Position numbers and translations under genes: made by a program
The notes under the pieces: model-generated
Database searches by the model: none
Seen by the model: the letters and a program-made list of their open reading frames with translations, nothing else
What the model was told of the DNA's origin: nothing
Assembly: GCA_035531375.1 (NCBI GenBank)
Contig: DATKSZ010000063.1
Span: 3 to 64,002 of the forward strand
DNA length: 64,000 nt
Direction of reading: 5' to 3'
From: Terriglobales bacterium
GTDB taxonomy: Bacteria > Acidobacteriota > Terriglobia > Terriglobales > SCQP01
Part shown: piece by piece, positions 26,198 to 35,615 of the stretch
Numbering within the stretch: position 1 is the first letter of the stretch
Layout: each line of letters begins with the position of its first letter

Positions 26198-26818
26198 ATG
26201 TCCCGAGAGTCACAACTGCTGCTGGCTATGCTGTTTGTGGGAGTAACTGGGGCGGGGGCCCAGGCGCCGGCGGGGGCGGCGCTGAAGCCCGGCACGATCA
26301 TCAAGATCGAATTGCAGAAAAAGCTCGACACTAAGAAAGCCAAGGTGGGCGACGCGGTGGTGGCCAAGGTGATGCAACCGATTAAGGACCACCAGACGGT
26401 GTTGGTGCCGAAAGACAGCCTGCTGGTGGGGCAGGTTACGCTGGCCACCCCGGCCAAGGGCAAGACCCACGCCCAGTTGGGGGTGCTGTTCGACGAGGCC
26501 ACCACGAAGCAGGGAACGGTGCTGCTGCACCTGCGCGGCGCCATCGTGAAGGTGAGGCAGGACAGCACGAACTGGAACGAGAAGATGTCCATCCCGCCGG
26601 AGATGGGCGGCAGCGGCATCCCGATGGCGATGAGCCCGACCAACGACGACGCCGCCTACCCCAACCTGGACAAGTCCAGCGACGGCGCCCCGATCGAGTA
26701 CGCCGTGATGGAGACGGCCGACGGCACCGGCGCCGACCTGGGCGGTGTGATCAGCAGCGTGGGGGGCAACTTCGACCTGGACGGCGGCACCCACCTGCAG
26801 GTGCGGGTGCTGCACTAG
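26198..26818 (+). CDS. Hypothetical secreted protein
   Basis: I start at ATG 26198 (SD spacing 9 nt) rather than the track TTG at 26192. Signal peptide is MSRESQLLLAMLFVGVTGAGAQA. I recognise no family. The gene is visibly less GC-rich than its neighbours. Confidence 0.6.
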   Translation: MSRESQLLLAMLFVGVTGAGAQAPAGAALKPGTIIKIELQKKLDTKKAKVGDAVVAKVMQPIKDHQTVLVPKDSLLVGQVTLATPAKGKTHAQLGVLFDEATTKQGTVLLHLRGAIVKVRQDSTNWNEKMSIPPEMGGSGIPMAMSPTNDDAAYPNLDKSSDGAPIEYAVMETADGTGADLGGVISSVGGNFDLDGGTHLQVRVLH

Positions 26819-26823
26819 GATGG

Positions 26824-27489
26824 CTAGGCGCCCGGCATGGGCTGGAGCTGGGGGGAGACGAGCAGGGTGGCCTCGGTGGCGGCCTGGACGTCGGCGACGG
26901 TGAAGGGGGCGGCGAGCTCCTCCAGCACCAGGCCCTCGGGGGCGACGCGCATCAGGCCCATCTCGGTGACGATGAAGTCCACGACGCCGGCGCCGGTGAG
27001 GGGCAAGCGGCAGCGCTTGAGGATTTTGGGCTGGCCGTCGCGGGTGGTGTGCTCCATGGCGATGTAGAGCTTGCGGGCGGCGGCGACCAGGTCCATGCCG
27101 CCGCCCATGCCCTTGATCATTTTGCCGGGGATGATCCAGTTGGCCAGGTCGCCGTTTTCGGCGACCTCCATGGCGCCCATCACCGCCATGTCAATGTGGC
27201 CGCCGCGGATCATGGCGAACGACTCGGCGCTGGAGAAGTAGGAGGTGCCGGGGATCTCGGTGACGGTCTCCTTGCCGGCGTTGATGAGGTCGGGGTCCTC
27301 CTGGCCGGCGAGGGGATAGGGGCCGACCCCGAGCATGCCGTTTTCCGACTGCAGCACCACCTCGATGCCGGCGGGGACGAGGTTGGCGACCAGGGTGGGG
27401 AGGCCGATGCCGAGGTTGACGAAGAAGCCGTCGCGGAGTTCGAGGGCGATGCGGCGGGCAATGCGGTAGCGCTTGTCTTGGTCGGACAT
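26824..27489 (-). CDS. scoB: 3-oxoacid CoA-transferase subunit B
   Basis: 221 aa with RIARRIALELRDGFFVNLGIGLPTL and VVLQSENGMLG (catalytic Glu region). Confidence 0.9.
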   Translation of the reverse strand: MSDQDKRYRIARRIALELRDGFFVNLGIGLPTLVANLVPAGIEVVLQSENGMLGVGPYPLAGQEDPDLINAGKETVTEIPGTSYFSSAESFAMIRGGHIDMAVMGAMEVAENGDLANWIIPGKMIKGMGGGMDLVAAARKLYIAMEHTTRDGQPKILKRCRLPLTGAGVVDFIVTEMGLMRVAPEGLVLEELAAPFTVADVQAATEATLLVSPQLQPMPGA

Positions 27490-27497
27490 GGGCGTTT

Positions 27498-28193
27498 TTA
27501 GGCGGGGCGCAGGGTGCGGCGCTCGATCGGCTTCTTGTAGCCCGCGCCGAGGATAAGGCGGTGGACGTAGACGGCGGGGGTGACGATGGCTTCGGGGTCG
27601 AGGCCGCCGGGTTCGACCAGCTCCTCCACCTCGGCGATGGTGACGCGGGCGGCGGTGGCCATCACGGGGTTGAAGTTGCGGGCGGTCTTGCGATAGGTGA
27701 GATTGCCCCAGCGGTCGCCGCGGTGGGCCTTGACCAAGGCAAAGTCGGCCTTAAGCCAGCGCTCCATCAGGTAGGTGCGGCCGTCGAAGTCGCGGGTTTC
27801 CTTGCCGTCGGCGACCAGGGTGCCGACCCCGGCAGGGGTGAAGAAGGCGGGGATGCCGGCGCCGGCGGCGCGGATGCGCTCGGCGAAGGTGCCCTGGGGA
27901 ATGAGCTCGGTTTGGAGTTGGCCGGAGCGGGCCTGCGCCTCGAAGATGGAGTTTTCGCCGACGTAGGTGGCGATCATTTTTTTGATCTGGCCGGCGGCGA
28001 GCAGGATGCCGATGCCCTCGGCGTCGGTGCCGGCGTTGTTGCTGATGATGGTCAGGTCGCGGACGCCGCGCTGGTGCAGCGCCTGGATGAGGTTCTCGGG
28101 GTTGCCGCAGAGGCCGAAGCCACCGATCATCAGGGTGGCGCCGTCGGGGATGTCGGCCACCGCCGCGGCGGCGCTGGCGAGGACTTTGTTCAT
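27498..28193 (-). CDS. scoA: 3-oxoacid CoA-transferase subunit A
   Basis: Start trimmed to ATG 28193 (MNKVLASAAAAVADIPDGATLMIGGFGLCGNPENLI), preceded by AGGAG. The rest of the 485-aa track ORF is R/P-rich and overlaps the divergent SDR. Confidence 0.9.
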   Translation of the reverse strand: MNKVLASAAAAVADIPDGATLMIGGFGLCGNPENLIQALHQRGVRDLTIISNNAGTDAEGIGILLAAGQIKKMIATYVGENSIFEAQARSGQLQTELIPQGTFAERIRAAGAGIPAFFTPAGVGTLVADGKETRDFDGRTYLMERWLKADFALVKAHRGDRWGNLTYRKTARNFNPVMATAARVTIAEVEELVEPGGLDPEAIVTPAVYVHRLILGAGYKKPIERRTLRPA

Positions 28194-28232
28194 CGCTCCT
28201 AATGGTAGCGCACTGCCCTTACAATCAAGGCC

Positions 28233-28961
28233 ATGGACCTGAACGGCAAGGTGGCGCTGGTAACGGGGGCGGCGGCCGGGATCGGGGCGGCGACGGTGGC
28301 GGCGCTGGAGGCCGCCGGAGCCACGGTGGCGGCGCATCGGCATCGCGGGGGCGAGTTTGCCGCCGATTTGGCGCGGCCGGAGGCAGCCGAAGAACTGGTG
28401 GCCCGGGTGCGGGAGCGGTGGGGGCGGCTCGACTATCTGGTGAACAACGCCGCCTATACGCCGCCCAACCCCATCGGGGCGGTGGCGGGAGCCTCGTTCC
28501 AGCGGGCCGACGCCGAGCAGGATTTCGACCCGGAGCGCTTCGACCGGGCGATCGCGGTCAACCTGCGCGCGCCGCTGCAGTTGGCGCTGGCGGCGGCGGG
28601 CGAGGGAGCGACGCTGGAGGCGGTGGTGAACGTGGGCAGCGGCAGCACCCAGCGCGGGGACGGCAGCTCCGCCTACTTTGTGGTCAGCAAGGGCGGCATT
28701 CCCAGCCTGACGCAGTACCTGGCGCGGCGGCTGGCCCCGCGGGTGCGGGTAAACGCGCTGCTGCCGGGGCTGATCGCGACCGAACAGTTGGATTCGCGGG
28801 GGCCGGGGTTCGAGCCTCTGCGCCAAGAGATCATCCGGCGCACGCCCATGGGACGGTTGGGGACGCCGGCGGAGGCGGCCGAGGCCATCCTGTATTTGCT
28901 GGCGGGCAACGGCTTCGTCACCGGCACGGTGCTGACGCTGGACGGGGGCTGGCACCTGTAG
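28233..28961 (+). CDS. SDR family oxidoreductase
   Basis: 242 aa with GKVALVTGAAAGIGAA and LVNNAAY. TACAAT lies 7 nt upstream of the ATG and there is no SD. Confidence 0.85.
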   Translation: MDLNGKVALVTGAAAGIGAATVAALEAAGATVAAHRHRGGEFAADLARPEAAEELVARVRERWGRLDYLVNNAAYTPPNPIGAVAGASFQRADAEQDFDPERFDRAIAVNLRAPLQLALAAAGEGATLEAVVNVGSGSTQRGDGSSAYFVVSKGGIPSLTQYLARRLAPRVRVNALLPGLIATEQLDSRGPGFEPLRQEIIRRTPMGRLGTPAEAAEAILYLLAGNGFVTGTVLTLDGGWHL

Positions 28962-29026
28962 TGGCGCGCGCCAAAGCCGGAGGATTCCTGTATTCTGTCT
29001 GCTGATCTTGTCCGACGGGGAGTTTC

Positions 29027-32000
29027 ATGCGCCAACCACTGTTGCTGGGATGCATCTCGCTGGCCGCCGCCGCGATGGCTTGGGGGCAGGCGCCGAAGCC
29101 GGCCGCCGATCGGGACCCGATCGTGCTGGCGCAGGTGAGCAAGCCGGCGCCGGCCGATGCGCCCGACCTGACCAAGACGCCGACGCTGTTTGTGGTGGGC
29201 TATGCCCACCTGGACACGGAGTGGCGCTGGGACTATCCCCAGGTCATCAATGAATACCTCAAGGCCACGCTGGACAAGAACTTCGCCCTCATCCAGAAGT
29301 ACCCGCACTACATCTTCAACTTCACCGGGGCGAACCGCTACGAGATGTTCCAGGAGTACTACCCGCGGCGCTACGCCCAGCTCAAGAAGTACATCGCCGC
29401 GGGGCGGTGGTTTCCGGGCGGGGCCTCGATGGAGGAGAACGACGTCAACTCGCCCAACGCGGAGAGCATCATCCGGCAGGTGCTGTACGGCAACGAGTTT
29501 TTCCAGCAGCAGTTTGGCACCACGGCGGTGGACTACATGCTGCCCGACTGCTTCGGGTTTCCCGCCAGCCTGCCCAGCATCCTCAGCCACGCCGGATTGC
29601 TGGGCTTCTCCACCCAGAAGCTGAACGCGGGCTGGCAGCCGGCGGCGCGGGTGGGCGGGCCGGACTCGCCGGAGAAAACGCCGGAGGGGATTCCGTTCAA
29701 CGTGGGGATCTGGACGGGGCCGGACGGGCACAGCATTATCGGGGCGGTCAACCCGGGCAGCTATAGCGGCGGCGACACCACCGATCTCAGCAAGAACGGG
29801 CTGGAGTACCTGGTGCCCTACGCCCACGGGCTGGATCCGGTGACGGTGGACGGGCAGGCGAGCGGCATCTACACCGACTACCACTATGTGGGCACCGGCG
29901 ACATCGGCGGCGCGCCCGACGAGGAGTCGGTGAAGATCATGGAGGCGACGATGGACAAGGGGATGGTGTCGCTGCCGCGGCCGCGGGTGCGGCGCCTGCG
30001 GGGCCAGCCCCCACCGCCGCCGCTGCCGCCCTTGCCGCCGGTGCGGGTGGGCGAGGGGCCGATCCATGTGCAGTGGGCGGACACCGACACCATGTTCCTG
30101 GACATGATGCACGACGACCTGTCGCGCCTGCCGCGCTACACCGGCGACCTGGAGCTGATCAACCACTCGGCGGGCTCGCTGACGTCGGAGGCGGAGCACA
30201 AGCGCTGGAACCGCAAGAACGAGATCCTGGCGCAGGCGGCGGAGCAGGCCTCGGTGGGGGCCAGCCTGTTGGGGGCGGCCTATCCGCAGGCGCGGCTGAC
30301 GCACGCCTGGCGGCTGCTGCTGGGGGGGCAGTTCCACGACCTGATGGCGGGCACGGCCGAGGCCAGCGCCTACACCTACTCCTGGAACGACGACACCATC
30401 GCCGCCAACCAGTTCGCTTCGGTGCTGCGCAGCGCCACCGACACCATCGCGCAGCACCTGGACACGCGGACGGCGGGAGTTCCGCTGGTGGTCTACAACT
30501 CGCTCAACATCGCCCGGCAGGACCCGGTGGCGGCGCGGGTGGCCTTCCCCGGCGGGCGGCCGGCGGCGGTGCGGGTGACCGGGCCGGACGGGCGGGCGGT
30601 TCCGGCGCAACTCGACGCCGACGGGCGGGTGGTGTTTTTGGCGCAGGTGCCGGCCACCGGCTACGCCGTCTACGGCGTGGCGGCGGCCAAGGCGCCCGCC
30701 GCCTCCGAACTCAAAGTCACGCCGCGCTCGCTGGAAAACGCCCGCTATCGGGTGACGCTCAACCACGACGGCGACGTGGCCAGCATCTACGACAAGCTGG
30801 CGGGCAAGGAACTGCTGGCAGGGCCGATGCGGCTGTCGTTCCAGTCGGAGGCGCCGACGGTGTGGCCGGCCTGGAACATGGACTGGGACGATCAAAAGGC
30901 GCCGCCGCGGGCCTATGTGGCCGGGCCGGCGCAGATCCAGATTCTCGAGGACGGGCCGGCGCGGGTGGCGCTGCAGATCACCCGCGATGCCCAGGGCTCG
31001 CACTTCGTGCAGACGGTGCGGCTGGCCTCCGGCAGCGCCGGCAACCGGGTGGAGTTCGGGGCGAAGGTGGACTGGAAGACGCCGGGCTCGGCGCTGATGG
31101 CGGATTTTCCGCTGACCGCCTCCGATCCGGTGGCGACCTATAGCTGGGACATCGGCACCATCCAGCGGCCCAACGACAACCCGCGCCAGTTCGAGGTGGC
31201 CTCGCACCAGTGGGTGGACCTGACCGATTCCAGCGAGGCCTATGGGGCGACGCTGCTGACCGACGTCAAGAACGCCAGCGACAAGCCCAACAACCACACC
31301 CTGCGGCTGACGCTGCTCTACACCCCGGGGCTGCACAACCGCAACTACAGCGACCAGGCAACCCAGGACTGGGGCCACCACGAGATGCTGTTCGGGCTGG
31401 CCGGGCACGTGGGCGACTGGCGGCAGGAAAACACCGAGTGGCAGGCCTACCGGCTGGACGCGCCGCTGGTGGCCTTCACCGCGCCCCGGCATGCCGGGGC
31501 GCGGGGGCGGCAGTTGTCGCTGCTGCACCTGGACAACCCGCGCATCCGGGTGCTGGCGATGAAGAAGGCGGAGCAGGGCAACGAGGTGGTGGTGCGGATG
31601 GTGGAGCTGAACGGGCAGGCGGAGCAAAACGTGCACATCGGCTTCGCCAGCCGGGCGCTGGCGGTGCGCGAGCTCAACGGGCAGGAGCAGCCGATCCGGG
31701 CCACCGATCCGGCCCGGATCGTGAACGGCGAGGTGGTGGCGTCGTTCACGCCCTACCAGCCGCGGACGCTGGCGGTGCGGCTGGCGCGGCTGGCGCCGCC
31801 GGCGGCGGCGGCGGCGAAGGCGGTGGTGCTGGACTTCAACCTGGCCACCGCCACGCCCGACCACACCCCCTCGACGGCGGGCTTCGACGGGAAGGGCGGC
31901 AACTACCCGGCGGAGATGCTGCCGCGGCAGATCCATTACGACGGCGTGACATTCCAGATGGCCGACCCGAGCGGCCCCAACGCGGTGGCGGCGCAGGGAC

Positions 32001-32608
32001 AAACCCTTGCGCTGCCGGCCGGCCATTTCACCCGGCTGTACCTGCTGGCTGCGGCCGAGGGCGACCAGGCCGGAGACTTCACCGTGGGGGCGAAGCGCGT
32101 GCCGCTGCAGATCGAGAACTGGACCGGCTACATCGGGCAGTGGGACTATCGCAACTGGACCACGCACACGGTGCCGCCGCGGCCGGGGGCGCGGGGGCGG
32201 TTCAACCGTCCCTACACCTACCAGCTCTATGCCGGGCTCAACCCGGGCTACATCAAGCGGGCGCCGCTGGCCTGGTTTGCCTCCCACCACCACCTGGCGG
32301 ACGGCAGCAACGACGCCTACAGCTACTCCTACCTGTTCGCCTACGAGATCAACCTGCCGCCGGGGGCGCGCACGCTGCGGCTGCCCAACGATCCCAAGAT
32401 CCGCATCTTCGCGGCGACGGTGGCGGGCGGCGACCGGCCGGTCGTGGCGGCGCAGCCGCTCTACGACGCGCTGCCCTACCCCGACATGACGGCGGCGGAG
32501 AAGGCGGCGCTCTACACCCAGGGCAGCGGGCCGGACGCGCCCTTCTACCGGTCGCTGGCGCGGCGGGCGGCGGCGGCAAGCGCTAAGATGGAAGCGGGGA
32601 GACCTTAG
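29027..32608 (+). CDS. Secreted glycoside hydrolase family 38 (alpha-mannosidase-like)
   Basis: 1193 aa with a signal peptide. GH38 N-terminal motifs are VGYAHLDTEWRW, NFTGANRYEMF, MEENDVNSPNAES and MLPDCFGFPASLP. Confidence 0.85.
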   Translation: MRQPLLLGCISLAAAAMAWGQAPKPAADRDPIVLAQVSKPAPADAPDLTKTPTLFVVGYAHLDTEWRWDYPQVINEYLKATLDKNFALIQKYPHYIFNFTGANRYEMFQEYYPRRYAQLKKYIAAGRWFPGGASMEENDVNSPNAESIIRQVLYGNEFFQQQFGTTAVDYMLPDCFGFPASLPSILSHAGLLGFSTQKLNAGWQPAARVGGPDSPEKTPEGIPFNVGIWTGPDGHSIIGAVNPGSYSGGDTTDLSKNGLEYLVPYAHGLDPVTVDGQASGIYTDYHYVGTGDIGGAPDEESVKIMEATMDKGMVSLPRPRVRRLRGQPPPPPLPPLPPVRVGEGPIHVQWADTDTMFLDMMHDDLSRLPRYTGDLELINHSAGSLTSEAEHKRWNRKNEILAQAAEQASVGASLLGAAYPQARLTHAWRLLLGGQFHDLMAGTAEASAYTYSWNDDTIAANQFASVLRSATDTIAQHLDTRTAGVPLVVYNSLNIARQDPVAARVAFPGGRPAAVRVTGPDGRAVPAQLDADGRVVFLAQVPATGYAVYGVAAAKAPAASELKVTPRSLENARYRVTLNHDGDVASIYDKLAGKELLAGPMRLSFQSEAPTVWPAWNMDWDDQKAPPRAYVAGPAQIQILEDGPARVALQITRDAQGSHFVQTVRLASGSAGNRVEFGAKVDWKTPGSALMADFPLTASDPVATYSWDIGTIQRPNDNPRQFEVASHQWVDLTDSSEAYGATLLTDVKNASDKPNNHTLRLTLLYTPGLHNRNYSDQATQDWGHHEMLFGLAGHVGDWRQENTEWQAYRLDAPLVAFTAPRHAGARGRQLSLLHLDNPRIRVLAMKKAEQGNEVVVRMVELNGQAEQNVHIGFASRALAVRELNGQEQPIRATDPARIVNGEVVASFTPYQPRTLAVRLARLAPPAAAAAKAVVLDFNLATATPDHTPSTAGFDGKGGNYPAEMLPRQIHYDGVTFQMADPSGPNAVAAQGQTLALPAGHFTRLYLLAAAEGDQAGDFTVGAKRVPLQIENWTGYIGQWDYRNWTTHTVPPRPGARGRFNRPYTYQLYAGLNPGYIKRAPLAWFASHHHLADGSNDAYSYSYLFAYEINLPPGARTLRLPNDPKIRIFAATVAGGDRPVVAAQPLYDALPYPDMTAAEKAALYTQGSGPDAPFYRSLARRAAAASAKMEAGRP

Positions 32609-32612
32609 AGCC

Positions 32613-33155
32613 ATGCCTACGATTTGGAACATTGATCCGGTCCACACGAACGTGCAGTTCGCCGTGCGCCACATGATGGTGAGCAACGTGAAGGGAGTGT
32701 TTGCCAAGACCAGCGGCACGGTCGCGCTGGACGATGCCGACTTCACCCGGTCGCAGGTGGAGGTGGAGATTGACGTGGCCAGCCTGGACACGCGCGAGCC
32801 CATGCGGGACAACCACCTGCGCAGCGCCGACTTTTTGGAGGCGGAGAAATACCCGGTGATTCGCTACCGCTCCACCCAGATCGTCCCCAGCGGGGACGGA
32901 TTTGCCATGGCCGGCGAGCTGACCATCCACGGGGTGACGCGGCCGGTGACGCTGGCGGTCGAGCCCCCGGTGCCGGAGGCGAAGGACCCGTGGGGAAACC
33001 TGCGGCGGGGCTTCGAGGCGGCGGGGGAGATCAGCCGCAAGGAGTTTGGGCTGGTGTGGAACCAAGTCATGGAGACCGGCGGGGTGGCGGTGGGAGACAA
33101 GGTGAAGATCAGCCTGGAGGTGGAGCTGGTGCAGGCCAAGGCGGCGGGGGCGTAG
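32613..33155 (+). CDS. YceI family polyisoprenoid-binding protein
   Basis: 180 aa with WNIDPVHTNVQFAVRHMMVSNVKGVF, LRSADFLEAEKYP and LTIHGVTRPV. Confidence 0.85.
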   Translation: MPTIWNIDPVHTNVQFAVRHMMVSNVKGVFAKTSGTVALDDADFTRSQVEVEIDVASLDTREPMRDNHLRSADFLEAEKYPVIRYRSTQIVPSGDGFAMAGELTIHGVTRPVTLAVEPPVPEAKDPWGNLRRGFEAAGEISRKEFGLVWNQVMETGGVAVGDKVKISLEVELVQAKAAGA

Positions 33156-33162
33156 AACGCGC

Positions 33163-33180
33163 GTGTCCGGATTCGGACAG
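33163..33180. promoter_or_regulatory. Palindrome GTGTCCG-gatt-CGGACAg, candidate enhancer (UAS) site 1
   Basis: The inverted repeat TGTCCG/CGGACA is perfect. Its centre lies about 103 bp upstream of the -24 GG at 33274-33275. It is homologous to the palindrome at 35528-35545. Confidence 0.5.
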
Positions 33181-33220
33181 GCGGGACGCGAAAGCGAACA
33201 GGCGCGCCCCGGGGCCCACC
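33177..33220 (+). repeat. Diverged member of a GC-rich intergenic repeat family (CA[A/G]GCGGGACG...CAGGCGCGC...GGGGCC)
   Basis: acaGGCGGGACGcgaaagcgaaCAGGCGCGCcccGGGGCCcacc shares collinear blocks with 53033-53083 and 63017-63068. Confidence 0.4.
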
Positions 33221-33272
33221 GCCGGCTGCCGGGCAAAGGCTTGATATTGTTAGACTTGCGCCGGCAAGGAAC

Positions 33273-33289
33273 TGGCCCCGGACGTGCAT
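33273..33289 (+). promoter_or_regulatory. Candidate sigma-54 promoter P1 (TGGCCCC-N4-GTGCA; GG-N10-GC spacing correct)
   Basis: TGGCCCCGGACGTGCAT compared with the consensus TGGCACG-N4-TTGCW. It is 13/15 identical to the element at 35616-35630. The predicted TSS is about 33298, just before ATG 33304. Confidence 0.45.
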
Positions 33290-33303
33290 CGTAGCATAGC
33301 AGT

Positions 33304-34599
33304 ATGGATAAGGCACGCGATCCCAAGTTCCTGAAGCAGCGCCGGATGCGCCGGATCACCCTGGGCGTGGTGGCGGTGCTGGTGCTGGTGGTGGTTTCGG
33401 TGGCGGTTTCGCGGCTGAAGCCGGCGCCGCCCACGGTGGACGGGGGCTCGGTGTGGCCCGGGCAGGTGCAGCGCGGCACCATGCTGCGGCAAGTGCGGGG
33501 CCTGGGCACGCTGGTGCCGGTGGAGGTGCGCACCATCCCGGCGGTCACCGAGGGGCGCGTGGTGGCGATTCCCGTCCTGCCGGGCACGCCGGTGAAGCCG
33601 GAGACGGTGTTGGTGGACCTGGCCAACCCGACGGTGGAGAAGGCGCTGAGCGACGCCGAGGCGCAACTCAAAGGGGCCGAAGCGGACCTGACCAACCTCA
33701 AGGCCACGCTGCACACCGCCCTGCTGGCGCAGCAGTCGGTGCAGGCCAACTTGGTGTCGCAGGCGGCGCAGGCGCAGGAATTGGCCCAAAGCGACGCGGC
33801 GCTGCTCACCAAAGGGCTGGTTCCCCGTCTAGATGCCCAGTCGGATGCCGACAAGGCCAAGGCGCTGGAGCAGCAGGTGGCGATGGGGCAGCAGCAATTG
33901 CAGAGCATGGCCAACTCGGACGCGGCGCAGGAGGCGAGCCAGCAGGCCAAGGTGGACCAGATGAAGGCGGGGGTGCAATTGGCGCAGTCCCAGGTGGACG
34001 CCTTGACGGTGCGGGCCGGCATTCCCGGGCTGCTGGAAGACCTGGACATGGGAGGCGGGGCGGAGCTGCAGGTGGGGCAGTGGGTGACGGCGGGCACGGC
34101 GGTGGCGAAGGTGGTGCAGCCGCAGAAGCTGAAGGCGCAGATCAAGATCGCCGAGACCGACGTGCGCGACGTGGCCATCGGGCAGCCGGCCAGCATTGAC
34201 ACCCACAACGGCATCGTGCCCGGGCACGTAACCCGCATTGATCCGAACTCGCAGAACGGCACGGTGAGCGTGGACGTGGCTTTGGACGGCCCGCTGCCGG
34301 CGGGGGCGCGCCCCGACCTGAGCGTGGACGGAACCGTGAACATTGAGACGCTGCGCGACGTAGTCTATGTCGGGCGGCCGGCGTTCGGGCAGCCCGACCA
34401 GACGGTAAGCATGTTCAAGATCTCGCCCGATGGACGGACCGGGACCCAGGTCAAGGTGGCCTTGGGGAAGGCCTCGGTGAATACGGTGCAGGTGCTGCGC
34501 GGCCTCAACGTGGGCGATTGGGTGGTGTTGTCGGATACCTCCGCCCAGGACGCCTTCAACCAGATCCGCTTCAGTCCGGCGGTGGCGGGAGTGCACTGA
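33304..34599 (+). CDS. Efflux transporter periplasmic adaptor (HlyD/MacA/DevB-type membrane fusion protein)
   Basis: 431 aa with an N-terminal anchor (ITLGVVAVLVLVVVSVAV), a long coiled-coil hairpin (AEAQLKGAEADLTNLKA...QQLQSMANSDAAQEA) and beta-barrel/MP domains. Confidence 0.85.
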   Translation: MDKARDPKFLKQRRMRRITLGVVAVLVLVVVSVAVSRLKPAPPTVDGGSVWPGQVQRGTMLRQVRGLGTLVPVEVRTIPAVTEGRVVAIPVLPGTPVKPETVLVDLANPTVEKALSDAEAQLKGAEADLTNLKATLHTALLAQQSVQANLVSQAAQAQELAQSDAALLTKGLVPRLDAQSDADKAKALEQQVAMGQQQLQSMANSDAAQEASQQAKVDQMKAGVQLAQSQVDALTVRAGIPGLLEDLDMGGGAELQVGQWVTAGTAVAKVVQPQKLKAQIKIAETDVRDVAIGQPASIDTHNGIVPGHVTRIDPNSQNGTVSVDVALDGPLPAGARPDLSVDGTVNIETLRDVVYVGRPAFGQPDQTVSMFKISPDGRTGTQVKVALGKASVNTVQVLRGLNVGDWVVLSDTSAQDAFNQIRFSPAVAGVH

Positions 34600-34676
34600 G
34601 CCCCGGTAACCAGGCAGGGGCGGCGCGGTATAGGCAGGCAGCAAGAGCCCGAAGGGAAGACACACCAGGAGGGGAA

Positions 34677-35402
34677 ATGGCGACGGAACAGCCCGCAGTG
34701 ATCACGCTCAAGGAAGTCACCAAGGTCTTCTATACCGACGAGGTGGAAACCCACGCGTTGGCCGGCATTCACCTGCAGATCCTGGCGGGGGAGTTTGTCG
34801 CCATCGGCGGGCCCTCGGGCTGCGGCAAGTCCACGCTGCTGTCCATCCTGGGGCTGCTGGACACCGCCACCTCGGGGGAGTACACGCTCAACAACCAGGC
34901 GGTGGCGAACCTGAACCTGGGGGAGCGCAGCCGCATCCGCAACCGCGAGATCGGCTTCATCTTCCAGAGCTTCAACCTGATCGGGGACCTGTCGGTGTAC
35001 GAGAACGTGGAGCTGCCGCTGACCTACCGCGGGATGCCCTCGGCCGAGCGCAAGCAGCGCTGCCAGTGGGCGCTGGAGCGGGTGGGGATGGCGCACCGGT
35101 CGCGGCACCTGCCCAGCCAGCTCTCCGGCGGGCAGCAGCAGCGGGTGGCGGTGGCGCGGGCGCTGGTGGGCAAGCCCAGCATCCTGCTGGCGGACGAGCC
35201 CACCGGCAACTTGGACTCGAAGAACGGCGACGCGGTGATGGACCTGCTGCACGAGCTGCACGAGGGCGGGGCGACGATCTGCATGGTGACGCACGATCCG
35301 CGCTTCGCGCGCTACGCCGACCGCACCGTGCACCTGTTCGACGGCCAGATTGTGGACGAGAGCCAGGCGCAGGAGCAATCGGCGGTGGTGAGCCAGCACT
35401 AG
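34677..35402 (+). CDS. MacB/DevA-type ABC transporter ATP-binding protein (no transmembrane domain)
   Basis: Start trimmed to ATG 34677 (MATEQPAVITLKEV), preceded by AGGAGGGG. Motifs are Walker A GGPSGCGKST, signature LSGGQQQRV and Walker [13 protein letters not shown]. Confidence 0.9.
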   Translation: MATEQPAVITLKEVTKVFYTDEVETHALAGIHLQILAGEFVAIGGPSGCGKSTLLSILGLLDTATSGEYTLNNQAVANLNLGERSRIRNREIGFIFQSFNLIGDLSVYENVELPLTYRGMPSAERKQRCQWALERVGMAHRSRHLPSQLSGGQQQRVAVARALVGKPSILLADEPTGNLDSKNGDAVMDLLHELHEGGATICMVTHDPRFARYADRTVHLFDGQIVDESQAQEQSAVVSQH

Positions 35403-35413
35403 ATTCCACGGGT

Positions 35414-35441
35414 TAGCTATCGCCCTGCGGGGCGGTAGCTA
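35414..35441 (+). terminator. Stem-loop after the first ABC ATPase gene (12-bp stem, 4-nt loop), possible terminator without a U-tract
   Basis: TAGCTATCGCCC-tgcg-GGGCGGTAGCTA, with one G-U pair, 12 nt after the stop codon. Confidence 0.4.
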
Positions 35442-35527
35442 TCAGCGAGCCAGTCCGGCGAAGGGCGCCAGTTTCCCCGCTGCCCGCCCGCGCCGGCTGG
35501 CTCGACTTGTTTTTGGGCGGGGCGGGG

Positions 35528-35545
35528 GTGTCCGATATCGGACAC
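35528..35545. promoter_or_regulatory. Perfect 18-bp palindrome GTGTCCGATATCGGACAC, candidate enhancer (UAS) site 2
   Basis: It has the same half-sites (TGTCCG-N4-CGGACA) as 33164-33179. Its centre lies about 81 bp upstream of the -24 GG at 35617-35618. Confidence 0.5.
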
Positions 35546-35615
35546 GGGCGTCGCGCAAGCGGACGGACGGGAGGGGGCGCCGGCGCGCAAGCCGCACGGA
35601 ATCAGGGGCTTAGGA

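Noticed and set aside
29975-30050. Pro-rich stretch (RPRVRRLRGQPPPPPLPPLPPVRV) inside the GH38 catalytic region. I considered it as a possible insertion or a hidden frameshift.
   Set aside because: The reading frame is continuous with good GH38-like sequence on both sides. Without an alignment I cannot show it is an insertion rather than a variable loop.
28673-32812. 1379-aa minus-strand ORF, the longest in the track.
   Set aside because: It is antisense to the GH38 gene, which has unmistakable family motifs. The product is Arg/Pro/Gly/His-rich low-complexity sequence with no domain signature. This is a typical high-GC shadow ORF.
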